Under the pieces are notes generated by a model. The model ran no database searches. It had not been told where the DNA came from and saw only the letters and a list, made by a program, of their open reading frames with translations. This document shows positions 27,001 to 40,000 of a stretch of 64,000 bases of DNA, one piece after another (within the stretch, counting starts at the first letter, position 1; each line of letters opens with the position of its first letter). Origin of the DNA: Bugula neritina (taxonomy: Eukaryota > Animalia > Bryozoa). The stretch covers positions 434,001 through 498,000 of the forward strand of contig CAXIUT010000103.1 of assembly GCA_964035545.1 (NCBI GenBank), in the 5' to 3' direction. A program made the position numbers and the translations under genes.

Positions 27001-30000
27001 TACCAAATATCTCATGGCAACGTGCCAATACAGTTAACACAGTAATTAAGCACTGGTGTCTTTGAAGCAGGCATCAAGTTTTGCATAAAAAAATTTATCA
27101 AGTATCTAAACACATGCAAGTGATGAGTTTGGAGATATTATTTAAAACTACAAAAGTTTCCATGCTGCGTGTAAATCAAAAGTGGACAAGTGCTGCAAAC
27201 ACCTCTTTTCATAGAATGACTCATTTATTTCTCATATGTTTGCAAAGGCATCTAAAATTAGTTATTGCTCTAGCAAAATATAACACTGTGAAATGGCGCT
27301 GCAGATGAGTTTTCTCTTTTAATATGAAAACTGATGATTGAAGAGCAATATAGTCTACTAATAAATTGGGTTTCAGCAGTGACTCATCTCCACTGCCTGT
27401 AAACTATAAATCTTCAAATCGTATACTGTAGGCCCATGGTCCAACTCTAAAACAATAACACATTTCACATGAGTCAGGATTACTGGTTGTTAGAAGGGAC
27501 AGGGGGGCAGGAGAGGGGAGGGGAAAATAAAACATCTAAATTTAATAGTAAAGGCGGGTGTACAATGCAAAGGTCTTCCAGCATCACTGATATTTCCATA
27601 ATAACTGCAAGGCGCAAGCTCCTGCTGATGGACAATATGACAGAAAAACTCTTTCAAATAAGTAAACTAATATTAGCCTGTGTCTGCTTCGTATAAACGC
27701 CAAGAACAAACTTTTAGGAAAGATAACTCCCACCACACCTATCTTGCAACCGGTGCTAGTGCAATGAAATTGAAGGGCTATGTTTCATAGTCCTATATTC
27801 AGCTAGTACTTCTAACTAGAAAGAAATAACATTGCCGGAAAAGTTGAAGAGGTGAAGCACTGTAGAGTTATGGCAAGTTAGATTCTCTATATGATATTAT
27901 TTATCTGTCAAGAAAATATTATATTATATTTTATTCTACTCACTAGTACCAACAATGAATATTTTATCATTGTTTATGGCAGTCGTGAATCTCAACAATG
28001 AATAATAATAATATGCATTGTCAATTTTCACAAAGTAGCAGTCTTCAGTCAGCCCTCTCTAGTTCAAGATGGGCATCACTATACACACAAGAGTTAAGAA
28101 CTTTAATGAGTCCTGTCAGGTAACCAGCTCATGAAGTCTACACAGTTTGGTTGCAGACGTTTGCATTTGACATTAGGATTAAAGTGTTCACTACATGGAG
28201 ACTTCAACTTCAATTGTTAATCAACTTGTTTTGGATCTACTTGTCACATCTGGCTTACGCTCTCTGGTAGGTTTATTTCATTAACTTTCTAGACTGATTT
28301 TCTTAACTTTCTGAAGAGTTTGTTGTGATGCGAAATATATTGCCAAATATCTCATGGCAACGTGCCAATACAGTTAACACAGTAATTAAGCACTGGTGTC
28401 TTTGAAGCAGGCATCAAGTTATGCATAAAAATGTTCATCAAGTATCTAAACACATGCAAGTGATGAGTTTGGAGATATTATTTAAAACTACAAAAGTTTC
28501 CATGCCGCGTGTAAATCAAAAGTGGACAAGTGCTGCAAACACCTCTTTTCATAGAATGACTCATTTATTTCTCATATGTTTGCAAAGGCATCTAAAATTA
28601 GTTATTGCTCTAGCAAAATATAACACTGTGAAATGGCGCTGCAGATGAGCTTTCTCTTTTAATATGAAAACTGATGATTGAAGAGCAATATAGTCTACTA
28701 ATAAAATGGGTTTTAGCAGTGACTCATCTCCACTGCCTGTAAACTATAAAGCTTCAAATCGTATACTGTAGGCCCATGGGCCAACTCTAGCACAATAACA
28801 CAATTCACATGAGTCAGGATTGCTGGTTGTTAGAGGGGACAGGGGGGGCAGGAGAGGGGATGGGAAAATAAAACATCTAAATTCAATAGTAAAAGCCGGT
28901 GTACAATGCAAAGGTCTTCCAGCATCACTGGTATTTCCATAATAACTGCAAGGCGCAAACTTTTGCTGATGGACAATCAGACAGAAAAACTCTTGCAAAT
29001 AACAAAACTAATATTAGCCTGTGTCTGCTTCGTATAAACACCAAGAACAAAATTTTAGGATAGATAACTCCCAACACACCTATCTTGCAACTGGTGCTGG
29101 TGCAAAGAAATTGAAGGGTTATGTTTCATAGTCATATATTCAGCTAGTACTTCTAACTGCAAAGGAGTAACATTGCAGAAAAAGGTGAAGATGTGAAGCA
29201 CTGTAGATTTATGGTAAGTTATAATATGCATTTGATATTACTTATCTGTCCAGAAAACAATAATATTATATTATATTTTATTCTACTCAGTAGTACCAAC
29301 AATGAATATTTTATCATTGTTTATGGCAGTCGTGAATCTCAACAATGAATAATAATAATATGCATTGTCAATTTTCACAAAGTAGCAGTCTTCAGTCAGC
29401 CCTCTCTAGTTCAAGATGGGCATCACTATACACACAAGAGTTAAGAACTTTAATGAGTCCTGTCAGCTAACCAGCTCATGAAGTCTACACAGTTTGATTG
29501 CAGGCGTTTGCATTTGACATTAGGACTAAAGTGTTGACTACATGGAGATTTCAACTTCAATTGTTAATCAACTAATTGTTTTGGATCTACTTGTTACATC
29601 TGGCTTACTCTTTCTGGTAGGTTTATTTCATTAACTTTCTAGACTGATTTTCTTAACTTTCTGAAGAGTTTGTTGTGATGCGAAATATTACCAAATATCT
29701 CATGGCAACATGCCAATACAGTTAACACAGTAATTAAGCACTGGTGTCTTTGAAGCAGGCATCAAGTTTTGCATAAAAAAACTTATCAAGTATCTAAACA
29801 CATGCAAGTGATGAGTTTGGAGATATTATTTAAAACTACAAAAGTTTCCATGCCGCTTGTAAATCAAAAGTGGACAATTGCTGCAAACACCTCTTTTCAT
29901 GGAATGACTCATTTATTTCTCATATGTTTGCAAAGGCATCTAAAATTAGTTATTGCTCTAGCAAAATAAAACACTGTGAAATGGCGCTGCAGATGAGCTT

Positions 30001-31108
30001 TCTCTTTTAATATGAAAACTGATGATTGAAGAGCAATATAGTCTACTAATAAATTGGGTTTCAGCAGTGACTCATCTCCACTGCCTGTAAACTATAAATC
30101 TTCAAATCGTATACTGTAGGCCCATGGTCCAACTCTAAAACAATAACACATTTCACATGAGTCAGGATTACTGGTTGTTAGAAGGGACAGGGGGGCAGGA
30201 GAGGGGAGGGGAAAATAAAACATCTAAATTTAATAGTAAAGGCGGGTGTACAATGCAAAGGTCTTCCAGCATCACTGATATTTCCATAATAACTGCAAGG
30301 CGCAAGCTCCTGCTGATGGACAATATGACAGAAAAACTCTTTCAAATAAGTAAACTAATATTAGCCTGTGTCTGCTTCGTATAAACGCCAAGAACAAACT
30401 TTTAGGAAAGATAACTCCCACCACACCTATCTTGCAACCGGTGCTGGTGCAATGAAATTGAAGGGCTATGTTTCATAGTCCTATATTCAGCTAGTACTTC
30501 TAACTAGAAAGAAATAACATTGCCGGAAAAGTTGAAGAGGTGAAGCACTGTCGAGTTATGGCAAGTTAGATTCTCTATATGATATTATTTATCTGTCAAG
30601 AAAATATTATATTATATTTTATTCTACTCACTAGTACCAACAATGAATATTTTATCATTGTTTATGGCAGTCGTGAATCTCAACAATGAATAATAATAAT
30701 ACGCATTGTCAATTTTCACAAAGTAGCAGTCTTCAGTCAGCCCTCTCTAGTTCAAGATGGGCATCACTATACACACAAGAGTTAAGAACTTTAATGAGTC
30801 CTGTCAGGTAACCAGCTCATTAAGTCTACACAGTTTGGTTGCAGACGTTTGCATTTGACATTAGGATTAAAGTGTTCACTACATGGAGACTTCAACTTCA
30901 ATTGTTAATCAACTTGTTTTGGATCTACTTGTCACATCTGGCTTACTCTCTCTGGTAGGTTTATTTCATTAACTTTCTAGACTGATTTTCTTAACTTTCT
31001 GAAGAGTTTGTTGTGATGCGAAATATATTGCCAAATATCTCATGGCAACGTGCCAATACAGTTAACACAGTAATTAAGCACTGGTGTCTTTGAAGCAGGC
31101 ATCAAGTT
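15085..31108. repeat. Higher-order zone 2: ~3 tandem copies of a 5,378 bp tetramer
   Basis: Spacings (1351/1350,1340,1348,1340) repeat three times. Shared private variants recur every 5,378-5,379 bp: TAT>TAA stop ending at 19213/24591/29969, G10-11 run, CTTTGAATATG, CTACTTACAAAA, TGTCGAG, CTCATTAAG. Confidence 0.92.
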
Positions 31109-32889
31109 ATGCATAAAAATGTTCATCAAGTATCTAAACACATGCAAGTGATGAGTTTGGAGATATTATTTAAAACTACAAAAGTTTCCATGCCGCGTGT
31201 AAATCAAAAGTGGACAAGTGCTGCAAACACCTCTTTTCATAGAATGACTCATTTATTTCTCATATGTTTGCAAAGGCATCTAAAATTAGTTATTGCTCTA
31301 GCAAAATATAACACTGTGAAATGGCGCTGCAGATGAGCTTTCTCTTTTAATATGAAAACTGATGATTGAAGAGCAAAATAGTCTACTAATAAAATGGGTT
31401 TTAGCAGTGACTCATCTCCACTGCCTGTAAACTATAAAGCTTCAAATCGTATACTGTAGGCCCATGGGCCAACTCTAGCACAATAACACAATTCACATGA
31501 GTCAGGATTGCTGGTTGTTAGAGGGGACAGGGGGGGCAGGAGAGGGGATGGGAAAATAAAACATCTAAATTCAATAGTAAAAGCGGGTGTACAATGCAAA
31601 GGTCTTCCAGCATCACTGGTATTTCCATAATAACTGCAAGGCCAAACTTTTGCTGATGGACAATCAGACAGAAAAACTCTTGCAAATAACAAAACTAATA
31701 TTAGCCTGTGTCTGCTTCTTATAAACACAAAGAACAAAATTTTGGGAAAGATAACTCCCAACACACCTATCTTGCAACTGGTGCTGGTGCAATGAAATTG
31801 AAGGGTTATGTTTCATAGTCATATTTTCAACTAGTACTTCTAACTGCAAAGAAATAACATTGCAGAAAAAAGTGAAGATGTGAAGCACTGTAGATTTATG
31901 GTAAGTTATAATATGCATTTGATATTATTTATTTGTCCAGAAAATAATATTATATTATATTTTATTCTACTCAGTAGTACCAACAATGAATATTTTATCA
32001 TTGTTTATGGCAGTCGTGAATCTCAACAATGAATAATAATAATATGCATTGTCAATTTTCACAAAGTAGCAGTCTTCAGTCAGCCCTCTCTAGTTCAAGA
32101 TGGGCATCACTATACACACAAGAGTTAAGAACTTTAATGAGTCCTGTCAGCTAACCAGCTCATGAAGTCTACACAGTTTGATTGCAGGCGTTTGCATTTG
32201 ACATTAGGACTAAAGTGTTGACTACATGGAGATTTCAACTTCAATTGTTAATCAACTAATTGTTTTGGATCTACTTGTTACATCTGGCTTACTCTTTCTG
32301 GTAGGTTTATTTCATTAACTTTCTAGACTGATTTTCTTAACTTTCTGAAGAGTTTGTTGTGATGCGAAATATATTGCCAAATATCTCATGGCAACGTGCC
32401 AATACAGTTAACACAGTAATTAAGCACTGGTGTCTTTGAAGCAGGCATCAAGTTATGCATAAAAATGTTCATCAAGTATCTAAACACATGCAAGTGATGA
32501 GTTTGGAGATATTATTTAAAACTACAAAAGTTTCCATGCCGCGTGTAAATCAAAAGTGGACAAGTGCTGCAAACACCTCTTTTCATAGAATGACTCATTT
32601 ATTTCTCATATGTTTGCAAAGGCATCTAAAATTAGTTATTGCTCTAGCAAAATATAACACTGTGAAATGGCGCTGCAGATGAGCTTTCTCTTTTAATATG
32701 AAAACTGATGATTGAAGAGCAATATAGTCTACTAACAAAATGGGTTTTAGCAGTGACTCATCTCCACTGCCTGTAAACTATAAAGCTTCAAATCGTATAC
32801 TGTAGGCCCATGGGCCAACTCTAGAACAATAACACAATTCACATGAGTCAGGATTGCTGGTTGTTAGAGGGGACAGGGGGGGGCAGGAG

Positions 32890-35800
32890 AGGGGATGGGA
32901 AAATAAAACATCTAAATTCAATAGTAAAAGCGGGTGTACAATGCAAAGGTCTTCCAGCATCACTGGTATTTCCATAATAACTGCAAGGCCAAACTTTTGC
33001 TGATGGACAATCAGACAGAAAAACTCTTGCAAATAACAAAACAAATATTAGCCTGTGTCTGCTTCTTATAAACACAAAGAACAAAATTTTGGGAAAGATA
33101 ACTCCCAACACACCTATCTTGCAACTGGTGCTGGTGCAATGAAATTGAAGGGTTATGTTTCATAGTCATATTTTCAACTAGTACTTCTAACTGCAAAGAA
33201 ATAACATTGCAGAAAAAAGTGAAGATGTGAAGCACTGTAGATTTATGGTAAGTTCTAATATGCATTTGATATTATTTATTTGTCCAGAAAATAATATTAT
33301 ATTATATTTTATTCTACTCAGTAGTACCAACAATGAATATTTTATCATTGTTTATGGCAGTCGTGAATCTCAACAATGAATAATAATAATATGCATTGTC
33401 AATTTTCACAAAGTAGCAGTCTTCAGTCAGCCCTCTCTAGTTCAAGATGGGTATCACTATACACACAAGAGTTAAGAACTTTAATGAGTCCTGTCAGCTA
33501 ACCAGCTCATGAAGTCTACACAGTTTGATTGCAGGCGTTTGCATTTGACATTAGGACTAAAGTGTTGACTACATGGAGATTTCAACTTCAATTGTTAATC
33601 AACTAATTGTTTTGGATCTACTTGTTACATCTGGCTTACTCTTTCTGGTAGGTTTATTTCATTAACTTTCTAGACTGATTTTCTTAACTTTCTGAAGAGT
33701 TTGTTGTGATGCGAAATATTACCAAATATCTCATGGCAACATGCCAATACAGTTAACACAGTAATTAAGCACTGGTGTCTTTGAAGCAGGCATCAAGTTT
33801 TGCATAAAAAAATTTATCAAGTATCTAAACACATGCAAGTGATGAGTTTGGAGATATTATTTAAAACTACAAAAGTTTCCATGCCGCTTGTAAATCAAAA
33901 GTGGACAATTGCTGCAAACACCTCTTTTCATGGAATGACTCATTTATTTCTCATATGTTTGCAAAAGCATCTAAAATTAGTTTTTGCTCTAGCAAAATAT
34001 AACACTGTGAAATGGCGCTGCAGATGAGCTTTCTCTTTTAATATGAAAACTGATGATTGAAGAGCAATATAGTCTACTAACAAAATGGGTTTTAGCAGTG
34101 ACTCATCTCCACTGCCTGTAAACTATAAAGCTTCAAATCGTATACTGCAGGCCCATGGGCCAACTCTAGAACAATAACACAATTCACATGAGTCAGGATT
34201 ACTGGTTGTTAGAGGGGACAGGGGGGCAGGAGAGGGGATGGGAAAATAAAACATCTAAATTCAATAGTAAAGGCGGGTGTACAATGCAAAGGTCTTCCAG
34301 CATCACTGGTATTTCCATAATAACTGCAAGGCCAAACTTTTGCTGATGGACAATCAGACAGAAAAACTCTTGCAAATAACAAAACTAATATTAGCCTGTG
34401 TCTGCTTCGTATAAACACAAAGAACAAAATTTTGGGAAAGATAACTCCCAACACACCTATCTTGCAACCGGTGCTGGTGCAATGAAATTGAAGGGCTATG
34501 TTTCATAGTCCTATATTCAGCTAGTACTTCTAACTAGAAAGAAATAACATTGCCGGAAAAGTTGAAGAGGTGAAGCACTGTAGAGTTATGGCAAGTTAGA
34601 TTCTCTATATGATATTATTTATCTGTCAAGAAAATATTATATTATATTTTATTCTACTCACTAGTACCAACAATGAATATTTTATCATTGTTTATGGCAG
34701 TCGTGAATCTCAACAATGAATAATAATAATACGCATTGTCAATTTTCACAAAGTAGCAGTCTTCAGTCAGCCCTCTCTAGTTCAAGATGGGCATCACTAT
34801 ACACACAAGAGTTAAGAACTTTAATGAGTCCTGTCAGGTAACCAGCTCATGAAGTCTACACAGTTTGGTTGCAGACGTTTGCATTTGACATTAGGATTAA
34901 AGTGTTCACTACATGGAGACTTCAACTTCAATTGTTAATCAACTTGTTTTGGATCTACTTGTCACATCTGGCTTACTCTCTCTGGTAGGTTTATTTCATT
35001 AACTTTCTAGACTGATTTTCTTAACTTTCTGAAGAGTTTGTTGTGATGCGAAATATATTGCCAAATATCTCATGGCAACGTGCCAATACAGTTAACACAG
35101 TAATTAAGCACTGGTGTCTTTGAAGCAGGCATCAAGTTATGCATAAAAATGTTCATCAAGTATCTAAACACATGCAAGTGATGAGTTTGGAGACATTATT
35201 TAAAACTACAAAAGTTTCCATGCCGCGTGTAAATCAAAAGTGGACAAGTGCTGCAAACACCTCTTTTCATAGAATGACTCATTTATTTCTCATATGTTTG
35301 CAAAGGCATCTAAAATTAGTTATTGCTCTAGCAAAATATAACACTGTGAAATGGCGCTGCAGATGAGCTTTCTCTTTTAATATGAAAACTGATGATTGAA
35401 GAGCAATATAGTCTACTAATAAAATGGGTTTCAGCAGTGACTCATCTCCACTGCCTGTAAACTATAAAGCTCCAAATCGTATACTGTAGGCCCATGGGCC
35501 AACTCTAGAACAATAACACAATTCACATGAGTCAGGATTGCTGGTTGTTAGAGGGGGCAGGGGGCAGGAGAGGGGATGGGAAAATAAAACATCTAAATTC
35601 AATAGTAAAGGCGGGTGTACAATGCAAAGGTCTTCCAGCATCACTGGTATTTCCATAATAACTGCAAGGCGCAAACTTTTGCTGATGGACAATCAGACAG
35701 AAAAACTCTTGCAAATAACAAAACTAATATTAGCCTGTGTCTGCTTCGTATAAACACCAAGAACAGTATTTTAGGAAAGATAACTCCCAACACACCGATC

Positions 35801-38800
35801 TTGCAACTGGTGCTGGTGCAAAGAAATTGAAGGGTTATGTTTCATAGTCATATATTCAGCTAGTACTTCTAACTGCAAAGGAGTAACATTGCAGAAAAAG
35901 GTGAAGATGTGAAGCACTGTAGATTTATGGTAAGTTATAATATGCATTTGATATTACTTATCTGTCCAGAAAACAATAATATTATATTATATTTTATTCT
36001 ACTCAGTAGTACCAACAATGAATATTTTATCATTGTTTATGGCAATCGTGAATCTCAACAATGAATAATAATAATGTGCATTGTCAATTTTCACAAAATA
36101 GCAGTCTTCAGTCAGCCCTCTCTAGTTCAAGATGGGCATCACTATACACACAAGAGTTAAGAACTTTAATGAGTCCTGTCAGCTAACCAGCTCATGAAGT
36201 CTACACAGTTTGGTTGCAGACGTTTGCATTTGACATTAGGACTAAAGTGTTGACTACATGGAGATTTCAACTTCAATTGTTAATCAACTTGTTTTGGATC
36301 TACTTGTTACATCTGGCTTACTCTCTCTGGTAGGTTTATTTCATTAACTTTCTAGACTAATTTTCTTAACTTTCTGAAGAGTTTGTTGTGATGCGAAATA
36401 TATTGCCAAATATCTCATGGCAACGTGCCAATACAGTTAACACAGTAATTAAGCACTGGTGTCTTTGAAGCAGGCATCAAGTTATGCATAAAAATGTTCA
36501 TCAAGTATCTAAACACATGCAAGTGATGAGTTTGGAGATATTATTTAAAACTACAAAAGTTTCCATGCCGCGTGTAAATCAAAAGTGGACAAGTGCTGCA
36601 AACACCTCTTTTCATAGAATGACTCATTTATTTCTCATATGTTTGCAAAGGCATCTAAAATTAGTTATTGCTCTAGCAAAATATAACACTGTGAAATGGC
36701 GCTGCAGATGAGCTTTCTCTTTTAATATGAAAACTGATGATTGAAGAGCAATATAGTCTACTAATAAAATGGGTTTTAGCAGTGACTCATCTCCACTGCC
36801 TGTAAACTATAAAGCTTCAAATCGTATACTGTAGGCCCATGGGCCAACTCTAGCACAATAACACAATTCACATGAGTCAGGATTGCTGGTTGTTAGAGGG
36901 GACAGGGGGGGCAGGAGAGGGGATGGGAAAATAAAACATCTAAATTCAATAGTAAAAGCGGGTGTACAATGCAAAGGTCTTCCAGCATCACTGGTATTTC
37001 CATAATAACTGCAAGGCCAAACTTTTGCTGATGGACAATCAGACAGAAAAACTCTTGCAAATAACAAAACAAATATTAGCCTGTGTCTGCTTCTTATAAA
37101 CACAAAGAACAAAATTTTGGGAAAGATAACTCCCAACACACCTATCTTGCAACTGGTGCTGGTGCAATGAAATTGAAGGGTTATGTTTCATAGTCATATT
37201 TTCAACTAGTACTTCTAACTGCAAAGAAATAACATTGCAGAAAAAAGTGAAGATGTGAAGCACTGTAGATTTATGGTAAGTTCTAATATGCATTTGATAT
37301 TATTTATTTGTCCAGAAAATAATATTATATTATATTTTATTCTACTCAGTAGTACCAACAATGAATATTTTATCATTGTTTATGGCAGTCGTGAATCTCA
37401 ACAATGAATAATAATAATATGCATTGTCAATTTTCACAAAGTAGCAGTCTTCAGTCAGCCCTCTCTAGTTCAAGATGGGTATCACTATACACACAAGAGT
37501 TAAGAACTTTAATGAGTCCTGTCAGCTAACCAGCTCATGAAGTCTACACAGTTTGATTGCAGGCGTTTGCATTTGACATTAGGACTAAAGTGTTGACTAC
37601 ATGGAGATTTCAACTTCAATTGTTAATCAACTAATTGTTTTGGATCTACTTGTTACATCTGGCTTACTCTTTCTGGTAGGTTTATTTCATTAACTTTCTA
37701 GACTGATTTTCTTAACTTTCTGAAGAGTTTGTTGTGATGCGAAATATTACCAAATATCTCATGGCAACATGCCAATACAGTTAACACAGTAATTAAGCAC
37801 TGGTGTCTTTGAAGCAGGCATCAAGTTTTGCATAAAAAAATTTATCAAGTATCTAAACACATGCAAGTGATGAGTTTGGAGATATTATTTAAAACTACAA
37901 AAGTTTCCATGCCGCTTGTAAATCAAAAGTGGACAATTGCTGCAAACACCTCTTTTCATGGAATGACTCATTTATTTCTCATATGTTTGCAAAAGCATCT
38001 AAAATTAGTTTTTGCTCTAGCAAAATATAACACTGTGAAATGGCGCTGCAGATGAGCTTTCTCTTTTAATATGAAAACTGATGATTGAAGAGCAATATAG
38101 TCTACTAACAAAATGGGTTTTAGCAGTGACTCATCTCCACTGCCTGTAAACTATAAAGCTTCAAATCGTATACTGCAGGCCCATGGGCCAACTCTAGAAC
38201 AATAACACAATTCACATGAGTCAGGATTACTGGTTGTTAGAGGGGACAGGGGGGCAGGAGAGGGGATGGGAAAATAAAACATCTAAATTCAATAGTAAAG
38301 GCGGGTGTACAATGCAAAGGTCTTCCAGCATCACTGGTATTTCCATAATAACTGCAAGGCCAAACTTTTGCTGATGGACAATCAGACAGAAAAACTCTTG
38401 CAAATAACAAAACTAATATTAGCCTGTGTCTGCTTCGTATAAACACAAAGAACAAAATTTTGGGAAAGATAACTCCCAACACACCTATCTTGCAACCGGT
38501 GCTGGTGCAATGAAATTGAAGGGCTATGTTTCATAGTCCTATATTCAGCTAGTACTTCTAACTAGAAAGAAATAACATTGCCGGAAAAGTTGAAGAGGTG
38601 AAGCACTGTAGAGTTATGGCAAGTTAGATTCTCTATATGATATTATTTATCTGTCAAGAAAATATTATATTATATTTTATTCTACTCACTAGTACCAACA
38701 ATGAATATTTTATCATTGTTTATGGCAGTCGTGAATCTCAACAATGAATAATAATAATACGCATTGTCAATTTTCACAAAGTAGCAGTCTTCAGTCAGCC

Positions 38801-40000
38801 CTCTCTAGTTCAAGATGGGCATCACTATACACACAAGAGTTAAGAACTTTAATGAGTCCTGTCAGGTAACCAGCTCATGAAGTCTACACAGTTTGGTTGC
38901 AGACGTTTGCATTTGACATTAGGATTAAAGTGTTCACTACATGGAGACTTCAACTTCAATTGTTAATCAACTTGTTTTGGATCTACTTGTCACATCTGGC
39001 TTACTCTCTCTTGTAGGTTTATTTCATTAACTTTCTAGACTGATTTTCTTAACTTTCTGAAGAGTTTGTTGTGATGCGAAATATATTGCCAAATATCTCA
39101 TGGCAACGTGCCAATACAGTTAACACAGTAATTAAGCACTGGTGTCTTTGAAGCAGGCATCAAGTTATGCATAAAAATGTTCATCAAGTATCTAAACACA
39201 TGCAAGTGATGAGTTTGGAGACATTATTTAAAACTACAAAAGTTTCCATGCCGCGTGTAAATCAAAAGTGGACAAGTGCTGCAAACACCTCTTTTCATAG
39301 AATGACTCATTTATTTCTCATATGTTTGCAAAGGCATCTAAAATTAGTTATTGCTCTAGCAAAATATAACACTGTGAAATGGCGCTGCAGATGAGCTTTC
39401 TCTTTTAATATGAAAACTGATGATTGAAGAGCAATATAGTCTACTAATAAAATGGGTTTCAGCAGTGACTCATCTCCACTGCCTGTAAACTATAAAGCTC
39501 CAAATCGTATACTGTAGGCCCATGGGCCAACTCTAGAACAATAACACAATTCACATGAGTCAGGATTGCTGGTTGTTAGAGGGGGCAGGGGGCAGGAGAG
39601 GGGATGGGAAAATAAAACATCTAAATTCAATAGTAAAGGCGGGTGTACAATGCAAAGGTCTTCCAGCATCACTGGTATTTCCATAATAACTGCAAGGCGC
39701 AAACTTTTGCTGATCGACAATCAGACAGAAAAACTCTTGCAAATAACAAAACTAATATTAGCCTGTGTCTGCTTCGTATAAACACCAAGAACAAAATTTT
39801 AGGAAAGATAACTCCCAACACACCTATCTTGCAACTGGTGCTGGTGCAAAGAAATTGAAGAGTTATGTTTCATAGTCATATATTCAGCTAGTACTTCTAA
39901 CTGCAAAGGAGTAACATTGCAGAAAAAGGTGAAGATGTGAAGCACTGTAGATTTATGGTAAGTTATAATATGCATTTGATATTACTTATCTGTCCAGAAA
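32890..40000. repeat. Higher-order zone 3: trimer duplication, offset 4,028 bp
   Basis: Anchors 33800/37828 and 35139/39167 are 4,028 apart and share private variants (ACAAATATTA, GGGTATC, GCAAAAGCAT, GAGACATT, GCTCCAAATC). Confidence 0.88.
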
